A DNA stretch of 39,648 bases, from positions 1 through 39,648 of IMG/VR virus record IMGVR_UViG_3300045988_050273; one strand, given 5' to 3'. Positions 23,370-30,757 of the stretch are shown here, piece by piece. The position numbers were made by a program, and so were the translations under genes. The notes beneath the pieces were generated by a model. It did not search any database. It worked only from the letters and a program-made list of their open reading frames with translations, and was not told the DNA's origin. How positions within the stretch are numbered: the first letter of the stretch is position 1; every line of letters starts with the position of its first letter. The stretch is from a virus.

Positions 23370-23701
23370 AAAGCTATATCACTATTAAGTCAGACCTTAG
23401 TGGCATTAAGAAGAAATATTCAGCGGCTAACCTTAAGCGAGTTCAAGACGCTTTTGGCGAACAGGTCGCGAACGATATGTTCCCTTTTGTCCCAAAGGCA
23501 CAGACGAAAAACCTAAGCAAGGGGCGTTACAACCCAGGTACCGGATCAGTCGACTATAATGTACCGTATGCCCGTAGACAGTTCCGCGGCGGCAATGGCT
23601 GGCACTACACGACGCCAGGCACAGGACCACGCTGGGACCTTAAGGCAAAAGCACGGCACGGTAAGTCGTGGCGAAAATTTGTAGCTGGGAAACTAACCTA
23701 G
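23366..23701 (+). CDS. Tail completion / neck protein (putative)
   Basis: Called from its position and size (111 aa). It is coupled to the upstream gene by an ATGA overlap. Confidence 0.5.
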   Translation: MKSYITIKSDLSGIKKKYSAANLKRVQDAFGEQVANDMFPFVPKAQTKNLSKGRYNPGTGSVDYNVPYARRQFRGGNGWHYTTPGTGPRWDLKAKARHGKSWRKFVAGKLT

Positions 23702-23716
23702 CTAGGGGGTAAGAAA

Positions 23717-24097
23717 ATGCTAGACTTATTGGAACGATTGAAAGATAATATAAGAGGGTTAGGCCTTGAAATCGTGCAAAACATAAACACAGAGGACGAC
23801 AGTATAGCCATTGCGGCATTGCCAGGTGGCCGAGTTATCCAAGAATACTATGGCGGCATGAAAGACAAGGAACTAAACTACGAAATCAGGGGCAAGACCA
23901 AAGACCCTAAGAAGACAGAGGAAGAACTAACGCAGATCAGCGATCACCTAACGGACTTACAAGCCTTACCGTCATTGAACGGCAGCTACGAGTTTATCGG
24001 TGTAACGGTCAGCGACGAGCCTTACTTTATCGAAGCAGACGACCAGGCATTTTTCCACTTTGCGCTTGGGTTTTCGGTCCGTGTCACTGTATTTTAA
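23717..24097 (+). CDS. Tail terminator / neck protein (putative)
   Basis: 126 aa, directly upstream of the major tail gene. Confidence 0.5.
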   Translation: MLDLLERLKDNIRGLGLEIVQNINTEDDSIAIAALPGGRVIQEYYGGMKDKELNYEIRGKTKDPKKTEEELTQISDHLTDLQALPSLNGSYEFIGVTVSDEPYFIEADDQAFFHFALGFSVRVTVF

Positions 24098-24115
24098 TTT
24101 AGGAGAGTGAAAAAC

Positions 24116-24910
24116 GTGAAAGACATCAAACTTTTTTCTATGAACTTGCAGCGCTTTGCACGTGCTAAGAACGCTTTGCGTGGTCACTTTATCGCAGAGT
24201 ATACGCCGGGCGAAGACATGCCAGACGTAGCAGACGGTACGAAGTGGCTAGAGCTTGCAAAATGGATCAGCAACATTGACGACGATACAGACGAAGAAAC
24301 TGACGACACCGGTTTCTATGACGGCGACGGTACACCAGAAACGACAGTCGTATCCGTAGCGATCGGCTATTCAGTCGAGGGGTTCTATGATAGCCAAGAC
24401 CCAGCGCAGCAACTCATTAAGAGCAAAAAGCGCAAAGTCGGCGACGGCCGTAAAGTCTGGCATATGGTAGTGGACGCAGATCAAGTCAATATGTGGATCG
24501 GTCGCGCTACAGTAACCGATATCGTAGCCGGTGGCGGCGACGCTACAGAATTTGAAGCATTTAGCTGCAGTATTCGCTTTGATAGCATTCCAAGCGAACT
24601 AGCGGCCGCTGGGGTAGGCGTACCGGCTAACATTAACGGCAGCACGGACGTAGTACCTACAGCCGTTACCATTTCTGGGGCAGCACCTACAATCAAAGTA
24701 GGGGCTACAGTAGAGTTAGGCACACGCTTAGGCTTTACACCGACTACAGCTACGGTACGTACCGGGTCATGGGCTACCACTGATAAAACAGTGGCTACTG
24801 TGAACCAGGCCGGACTTGTAACTGGCTTGAAAGTCGGAACAGCGACGATCGTATTCGTAACAACGAACGGCCTAGTGGCCCAAGTTGTCGTAACCGTCGA
24901 AGCAGCATAA
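24116..24910 (+). CDS. Major tail protein with L27-like N-terminal leader and C-terminal Big_2 domain
   Basis: It lies upstream of the chaperone and tape-measure genes. The start region GGAGAGTGAAAAACGTGAAA matches the capsid start region at 18 of 20 positions, which places the start at GTG 24116 (track start 24107). The leader is MKDIKLFSMNLQRF/ARAK. The C-terminal roughly 90 aa fit the Big_2 pattern. Confidence 0.8.
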   Translation: MKDIKLFSMNLQRFARAKNALRGHFIAEYTPGEDMPDVADGTKWLELAKWISNIDDDTDEETDDTGFYDGDGTPETTVVSVAIGYSVEGFYDSQDPAQQLIKSKKRKVGDGRKVWHMVVDADQVNMWIGRATVTDIVAGGGDATEFEAFSCSIRFDSIPSELAAAGVGVPANINGSTDVVPTAVTISGAAPTIKVGATVELGTRLGFTPTTATVRTGSWATTDKTVATVNQAGLVTGLKVGTATIVFVTTNGLVAQVVVTVEAA

Positions 24911-24920
24911 AAAACGAATT

Positions 24921-24955
24921 AACGGGCTGGGGCTTTGGCCCTGGTCCGTTTTTTG
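24921..24955 (+). terminator. Intrinsic terminator after the major tail gene
   Basis: AACGGGCTGGGGC (24921..24933) pairs with GCCCTGGTCCGTT (24938..24950) using G-U pairs, followed by a T-run (24949..24954). Confidence 0.75.
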
Positions 24956-24957
24956 TA

Positions 24958-25216
24958 AAGCTAGTATGCCGGCTCGTCTACCACCTAGTACACCGTGAAA
25001 CGTTGACAGACCGGGCTTGTTACTAGGTGTTACTAGGTCATACTAGCTTTATATAAGATTTAATTTAGGTATAGTGGTCCTAGGGGTACCCTACACTATA
25101 TTAGTATTGTATAATAGTTTAAAAGCGCTCGTAGTACCTAGTAACCTCGTAACTAGACCGGTACGACAGCCTTTTGAGGTATACGAGCCAAAAATGGACC
25201 TCGTACCTCGTACACC
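24958..25216 (+). repeat. Structured ~260-bp non-coding element, copy B
   Basis: It is homologous to 14712..14972. It contains TACTAGG x2 plus TACTAGCTT (25021..25049), TTTATA/TATAGT (25048..25075), an extended -10 TGTATAAT (25108..25115), a CCT(A/C)GTA array (25127..25212) and a hairpin (25178..25216) that abuts the SD of the next gene. Confidence 0.9.
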
Positions 25217-25233
25217 ATAAGGAGGAATTTAAC

Positions 25234-25746
25234 ATGAGTAACCGTAAAAACCGTAGAAAATTTAACACAGTACAAGGCAACCAAAAACCAAGAACGACTG
25301 ACCTAGGGCTTGAAGATATCAAGATCGAACGATCCGGCTTTGATATCAGTATCGGCGGAGTTATGTTTTTCTTTGACACCAGCGAGGGCCATATCCGCGA
25401 ATACATGGAACTACAAGAAGACCCAGACGCGTTCGTACAAAAGGTACTAGACAAGTCACAAAGCACGCAGTTCGACCCGGAAAACCTAGACCTTGAAACG
25501 TTCGATACTGTTATCGACGATCAAAAAGAAGCGCTAAAAATTGCGATCGACACGATCCTAGGCGCTGGATCATTCGATCGACTATACAGCAAGTGGCCAG
25601 ACGTTTTGGCAATTTCTAAGATCATGACGACCGTAACTGAAACAGCGAACCGAGGGCTAGAAGCATGGTCTGCTAAACAACAGAAAGAAGCAGACAAAAT
25701 GGCAGCCGAAGCCTTGATAGCTAAGAAGAAAAACCGGGGCGAGTAG
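25234..25746 (+). CDS. Tail assembly chaperone (putative)
   Basis: Track ORF 25174 trimmed to ATG 25234 (AAGGAGG 25219..25225). It lies between the major tail and tape-measure genes. Confidence 0.6.
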   Translation: MSNRKNRRKFNTVQGNQKPRTTDLGLEDIKIERSGFDISIGGVMFFFDTSEGHIREYMELQEDPDAFVQKVLDKSQSTQFDPENLDLETFDTVIDDQKEALKIAIDTILGAGSFDRLYSKWPDVLAISKIMTTVTETANRGLEAWSAKQQKEADKMAAEALIAKKKNRGE

Positions 25747-25749
25747 GCC

Positions 25750-26370
25750 ATGGCATTTTCTATCTATAAGAAATGCAGCAGCTACGTTCACTACCAAGGC
25801 GAAGAAATACGGATCGATATGGCGTTCGATAACGTCCTATCGGTCCGGGACATTTTGGCCGACACTTCCTGGACTGAGCGGCAGCAGATAACTATGGCAT
25901 TCGCGTACCTGGTGGCCGACGAAAAACTGGCAACGGCCGAACTATCATACGAGTACAAGCAAGGGCTTGTCGACGTAGTGGTTAAGGACTTGATCGGTGA
26001 GGAGGTCAACGAGAAAGTCATAGAGTACGACCGAGCCGGTAACCCAATGCCTGGCCAGTTGTCGGACCTGGAAGACGATAGCGACGCGATCCAGCAAGGG
26101 TCGTATAGTATTGACCTGGACGCGACCTATATTTATACGGGTTTCAGACAGGCCTACGGGATCGACCTACACCAAGAACTGGGCAAGCTACACTGGCAAG
26201 AGTTTCAAGCGCTGCTAAGGGACCTACCAGAAAATACTATGTTCGGCGAGATCGTTAAAATACGCGGTACGGACCTAAGCAAGATCAAGGACCCGGATGA
26301 GCGGAAACGACTAACGTCGCTTAAGAACAAGTACCGGCTGCCTAACACTCAAAATAAACCGAAAGAATAG
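25750..26370 (+). CDS. Gp15-like tail assembly protein
   Basis: EEIRIDMAFDNVLSVRDILAD... and the C-terminal IVKIRGTDLSKIKDPDERKRLTSLKNKYRL resemble the Phage_Gp15 family found just upstream of tape-measure genes. Confidence 0.6.
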   Translation: MAFSIYKKCSSYVHYQGEEIRIDMAFDNVLSVRDILADTSWTERQQITMAFAYLVADEKLATAELSYEYKQGLVDVVVKDLIGEEVNEKVIEYDRAGNPMPGQLSDLEDDSDAIQQGSYSIDLDATYIYTGFRQAYGIDLHQELGKLHWQEFQALLRDLPENTMFGEIVKIRGTDLSKIKDPDERKRLTSLKNKYRLPNTQNKPKE

Positions 26371-26381
26371 GGCGTGATTAA

Positions 26382-28688
26382 ATGGCCGCGGACGGAAAAG
26401 TAAGTATCGAGGTAGTACTCGAAGACGGTTCCGTGGCAAAGGGTATCGCCGATTTAACTGACCAATTTGACCGGTTAGGACAAGCGCCACAGAAAGCGAA
26501 CGTCGGCATAGGTTCGCTTATAAAATCTTTTGGGCTTATGAAAATCGCTGGCGCAGCGATCGACGCGATCAAGGGGTCCCTTGACAGCGCGATAAGCCGA
26601 TTTGACACTATGCAGAAGTTCCCTAAAGTTATGAACGCTTTGGGTTTCAGCGCCGAAGATAGTAAGAAGTCGATCGGCAAGTTATCCGACGGGATCGACG
26701 GGTTGCCTACGAAGCTAGACGACGTCGTAGCCAGCACGCAACAAATGACCGCGATCACGGGGGACTTAGATCGATCGACCGATACTGTTATCGGTTTGAA
26801 TAACGCCTTTCTAGCGTCCGGGGCCAGCGCAGACGACGCAGCCCGGGGGACGCAACAGTTTAACCAAATGCTATCGACTGGTACCGTCGACCTAGAAAGC
26901 TGGAAGACGTTACAAGAAACCATGCCGCTAGCTTTGCAAAAGACCGCCGAAGCTATGGGGTATACCGGTAAGTCGGCGCAGCGTGACCTATATGCAGCGC
27001 TACAGTCCGGAGAAGTAACGTTCGAGGAATTTAACGACCAGATTATCAAACTAGGTACCGGTACAGGAATGCTTGCCGGGTTAGCAAAAGAGAATTCTAT
27101 GGGGATCGCGACGTCATTCGGCAACCTACGCAACGCCGTAGCGAAAAACGTCGCTAACATGATAACCAAGCTTGACGAGATCACGCAGAAGCTCACCGGT
27201 AAGACGATCGCGCAAAATATCGACAGCCTTAAGGTATTGATTAATACTGCCATGGGGGCTATTGTTGACAGTATGGACTTGATCGTACCAGCTATCCAGC
27301 GCGTGTCGGCCTGGCTGCAGCCTTTGATTGCGTTTGTCCAGCAGAACGCCGAAGCATTTAGGCTTTTTGGTATCGTACTGGCTGGCGTGGCCGCTGCCTT
27401 TGCGACTTTCTTCACAGTAGTCGCGATCATTAACCAGGTAAAAGCAGCGATCGACGGACTTAAAGCTGGCTTTGATTTACTTAAGGTAACAATGGCCGCC
27501 AACCCGTTCGCTTTGATCGTGACCGCGATTATTGCGTTCGCAGCAGCGATCGTTTACCTATGGAACACGAACGAGGGCTTTAGAAACGCAGTGATAGCCG
27601 CGTGGACCGCGATACAAGCATTCATGCAGCCGATCATATCCGCCATAAGTTCGTTCGTTCAGAGCGTCTTTGGTAGCCTATTGTCATGGTGGCAAGAGAA
27701 CCAGCAGCTTATCTTATCGACGGCTCAAATGGTTTGGGCTACGATCCAGGTAGTATTTTCTACAGCTATGGCCGTGATCCAGGGCGTCGTATCCGTGGCA
27801 CTGACCGCGATACAGGCATGGTGGAACACTTTTGGTAGTGCTATAATGGCACTGACTAAGGTAGCCTGGGCAGCCATTAAGGCAACATTCCAGTCTACGC
27901 TTTCTACGATCCAGGCAGTCGTTAAGCTAGTCATGAACCAGATTCAGACTGTTATCAAGACAGTCATGGGCGTGATCCAGGGCGTGATTAAAGTTATCAC
28001 TGGCGCCATTAAGGGCGATTGGTCCCAGGTATGGAACGGGATCAAACAGATCACAAGCTCAATTTTAAACGGGATCAAAGATACATTTTCAAATGTTCTA
28101 AGCGCGGCAGCGTCAATCGTATCCGGAAAAATCGACGCGATTAAAGGGTTCTTTAAGTCGATCGGCGACATTAACCTAGTTGATATCGGTAAGAATATCA
28201 TTCAAGGGTTGATTAACGGGGTTTCCAGTATGATAGGTGCAGTTGGTAAAGCAATCGGCAACGTAGTTAACACGATCAAAGACAAAGTTACCGGGCTTTT
28301 GGGTATTCACTCGCCGTCTAGGTGGTTCCGTGACGAAATCGGGAAAATGATTCCGCCAGGCCTAGCAATCGGTATCGACCGAGCAAGCGACGTCGCAGTC
28401 GAAGCCGGTAAGGACTTAGGCAATACAGTCAAGCGATCAATTAACGCCGAGGGCATTATCGGAACGCCGACAACTCAAAACACGAGCCAAGCGTCCCGAA
28501 TTATCAACAGAGCCAGCGACGCGCCAGTCGTACAAGGTGAAACGCTAGCCGGGTCCACGTTTGAGATTCCGGTCGTGATCCAAGGTGACGCTGGTGTATG
28601 GGCTAGGGGTACAGCTAAGTACACCTGGGCCGAGATCCAAAAAATGCAAAAACGCGACAGTCGTAAACGGGGGGTACTAATGACATGA
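26382..28688 (+). CDS. Tape measure protein
   Basis: 768 aa with a long helical, Ala/Ile/Val-rich repetitive core and membrane-like segments, in the canonical position. Confidence 0.9.
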   Translation: MAADGKVSIEVVLEDGSVAKGIADLTDQFDRLGQAPQKANVGIGSLIKSFGLMKIAGAAIDAIKGSLDSAISRFDTMQKFPKVMNALGFSAEDSKKSIGKLSDGIDGLPTKLDDVVASTQQMTAITGDLDRSTDTVIGLNNAFLASGASADDAARGTQQFNQMLSTGTVDLESWKTLQETMPLALQKTAEAMGYTGKSAQRDLYAALQSGEVTFEEFNDQIIKLGTGTGMLAGLAKENSMGIATSFGNLRNAVAKNVANMITKLDEITQKLTGKTIAQNIDSLKVLINTAMGAIVDSMDLIVPAIQRVSAWLQPLIAFVQQNAEAFRLFGIVLAGVAAAFATFFTVVAIINQVKAAIDGLKAGFDLLKVTMAANPFALIVTAIIAFAAAIVYLWNTNEGFRNAVIAAWTAIQAFMQPIISAISSFVQSVFGSLLSWWQENQQLILSTAQMVWATIQVVFSTAMAVIQGVVSVALTAIQAWWNTFGSAIMALTKVAWAAIKATFQSTLSTIQAVVKLVMNQIQTVIKTVMGVIQGVIKVITGAIKGDWSQVWNGIKQITSSILNGIKDTFSNVLSAAASIVSGKIDAIKGFFKSIGDINLVDIGKNIIQGLINGVSSMIGAVGKAIGNVVNTIKDKVTGLLGIHSPSRWFRDEIGKMIPPGLAIGIDRASDVAVEAGKDLGNTVKRSINAEGIIGTPTTQNTSQASRIINRASDAPVVQGETLAGSTFEIPVVIQGDAGVWARGTAKYTWAEIQKMQKRDSRKRGVLMT

Positions 28689-30757
28689 TGACAATAACCT
28701 ATGGGGGCGTAGAGATTACGAAATACCTACGACCTTTACGAGAACTGGACCGAAAGATTTTACCAGAAATCGAATACCAGTTAGACAAAGTCGGCAAGTC
28801 GGACGGGTACCTGGTACGCGGCGGAAGTTTTGGCCAGCGTATTATACCAATGCCTTTTAAGATCACAGACAATTTACTGCAGAATCGACGAGAGTTGGCC
28901 CGGGTACTTAGTACCCGGGAACCACTGCAACTAATTTTTAGCGACGAGCCAGACAAATATTGGCTTGCTTTGCCTACGGGCGATATAAGCGTCGCTGAAA
29001 TGGTTTTCCAGGGTAAGGGCCAGATCGATTGGATCGTACCTGACGGGGTAGCCCACGCTGTAACGCCGCGTATTTTTACGAACGTTACGACACCAACGGG
29101 GACCGCTAACCAGGTACTTGATCCAGAATTTCAAAACCGAATGAAATACTACAAGCCTTGGGCTTCATTGCTGCAAGAGGTATACAATACCCACAACGTC
29201 GTCAAAGGTGATTTTACCGACACTAACACGATCGCGGACAAAGGCGAGCCTAGGGTCCTAGGTATGCACGTCGTCCAGCAGCCGCTAAGTTCGGCCAGGA
29301 ATATATCGTCGCTAGCCATTGGGTCCAAAGTTTCGGCCCAGGTCATGGCCAGGATCGATACAGCGGCCACAGGGGACACCACAGGCGCCAAAAGCGTCGC
29401 TTTGGTAGTCCAGGAACTAGAATACGCTGGCGGCCCGGTACTGGCTTACAAGGCCGTATATCCGACGTCGCTAAAAGTCGGCACGTTTCAAGCTTTGACA
29501 ATCACAGGCTACACGATCACACAAGCAAAGACCAAAGCGCTAAACATGCTCATGCTTATCGGTGATACTGCAGCAGTTAGTTTCTCTATGCCGCAGTACA
29601 ATCTAGGGGCAACGCTAGCGCCATTCAGTGTTACAAATAACACGTTGACCGACATGATAGCCGTAACTAACCCAGGGTCGTACCGTTCCTGGCCAATTAT
29701 CCGGGCACTTATGAACGGTGAGAACGGACTAGTGGCAATCGCCAACGAAGACGAGGGGCTTTTGCAGTTCGGGAACCCAGACGATATCGACACCGCGCCA
29801 GGGGTCCGTACCGATAAAGTTATCAGCATACCTATGAGAAACAACGGCAGCAAGTTTGAGTTAAACAGCCCGAAAGCTAAGCCAGACTACCCTAACTTTT
29901 TACTAGACCCGTCAACGCCTAACAAGCCGGGTATCGGGGGCATTGACTGGAAAGCTAACCCGGAAGCGGCAACGCCTATATGGCCCGAAAATAAAGACGC
30001 CGTTTGGGCTGGTCCAACGCTATACACAGATATACCTAGAAATACGGCCAACCGTGCAGACGGGACTTTCTTATGGCGTAACCGGTTCGACTTCCAACCA
30101 ACTAAAGCAACGTCGGGGCGCTTAACCTTTACGCTGCAAAACGAAACAGATGGTTCTGTATTGTCTGCAGTTATCCGGGATAGTACACGAAGTAAAGAAG
30201 AATTGATCGTCGAGTTTTCTTGCTTTGACCGAGTACAGCACAGAGTAAGCCTTGACCGGAAAAAATGGACTGGCCGCTTTTGGGAGGTTTCGATTGAACG
30301 TACCGGAGATATGCAAGTTACTTGGAAGTTTTCACAATTCAAGGCATTTAGCGGCGAGGGTATCGAAGCAGCACGATCCGAAGTTTTCCAGGCTACACTA
30401 CCAGAAATAAGCGGCAAGGAGATCGACGGGCTTTGTTGCTGGTTTCAAAAGTGGGGCGACGACCCAACCAATAAATGGACGACGTTTATGGACTGGACTG
30501 ATACCAAGTTCTACTGGACCAACGAAGAAGTAGCAACAAATATACCCAATCTATTCGACGACGGCGACCTTGTTGAAATTGACACGGCAGCCCGAAAAGT
30601 ATACATTAATGGCATAGAGAATTTTCAAATCCAAGCTATCGGTAATAGGTGGGAACGGTTCGCAGTTGAGCCAGGAACGACTACCATGCTACCAATAGCG
30701 TCGACTTGGGCCAATATGTATGAGTGCCAAGTCGAATTGAGAGGGGCATATCTGTAA
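28685..30757 (+). CDS. Distal tail protein (Dit), enlarged form
   Basis: The N-terminus MMTITYGGVEITKYLRPLRELDRKILPEIE...RIIPMPFKI is typical of siphovirus Dit. At 690 aa it is about twice the size of a minimal Dit. Confidence 0.75.
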   Translation: MMTITYGGVEITKYLRPLRELDRKILPEIEYQLDKVGKSDGYLVRGGSFGQRIIPMPFKITDNLLQNRRELARVLSTREPLQLIFSDEPDKYWLALPTGDISVAEMVFQGKGQIDWIVPDGVAHAVTPRIFTNVTTPTGTANQVLDPEFQNRMKYYKPWASLLQEVYNTHNVVKGDFTDTNTIADKGEPRVLGMHVVQQPLSSARNISSLAIGSKVSAQVMARIDTAATGDTTGAKSVALVVQELEYAGGPVLAYKAVYPTSLKVGTFQALTITGYTITQAKTKALNMLMLIGDTAAVSFSMPQYNLGATLAPFSVTNNTLTDMIAVTNPGSYRSWPIIRALMNGENGLVAIANEDEGLLQFGNPDDIDTAPGVRTDKVISIPMRNNGSKFELNSPKAKPDYPNFLLDPSTPNKPGIGGIDWKANPEAATPIWPENKDAVWAGPTLYTDIPRNTANRADGTFLWRNRFDFQPTKATSGRLTFTLQNETDGSVLSAVIRDSTRSKEELIVEFSCFDRVQHRVSLDRKKWTGRFWEVSIERTGDMQVTWKFSQFKAFSGEGIEAARSEVFQATLPEISGKEIDGLCCWFQKWGDDPTNKWTTFMDWTDTKFYWTNEEVATNIPNLFDDGDLVEIDTAARKVYINGIENFQIQAIGNRWERFAVEPGTTTMLPIASTWANMYECQVELRGAYL

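Noticed and set aside
24159-24164. Other CACGTG cores (24159..24164, 36644..36649, 38026..38031) considered as extra parS sites
   Set aside because: The flanks do not match TGTTT/AAACA (at most 2 of 5 per arm). Only 9463 and 19506 are credible parS sites.
9463-25216. Alternating ~5-kb spacing of parS1 (9463), repeat A (14712), parS2 (19506) and repeat B (24958)
   Set aside because: There are only four points. Each element sits at a natural gene-module boundary, so the near-regular spacing is most simply coincidence. It is noted but not claimed.
25728-25734. G_AAA_AAC near the end of the first chaperone gene as a -1 frameshift site
   Set aside because: It is not a canonical X_XXY_YYZ heptamer in this frame. 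The -1 frame hits a stop after about a dozen codons and does not enter the downstream gene.
26378-27502. 374-aa minus-strand ORF antisense to the tape measure gene
   Set aside because: It is fully contained in the tape measure CDS, which has the expected position, length and composition. There is no SD, and every other gene is on the + strand. A long antisense ORF is expected in Ala/Ile-rich, stop-poor sequence.
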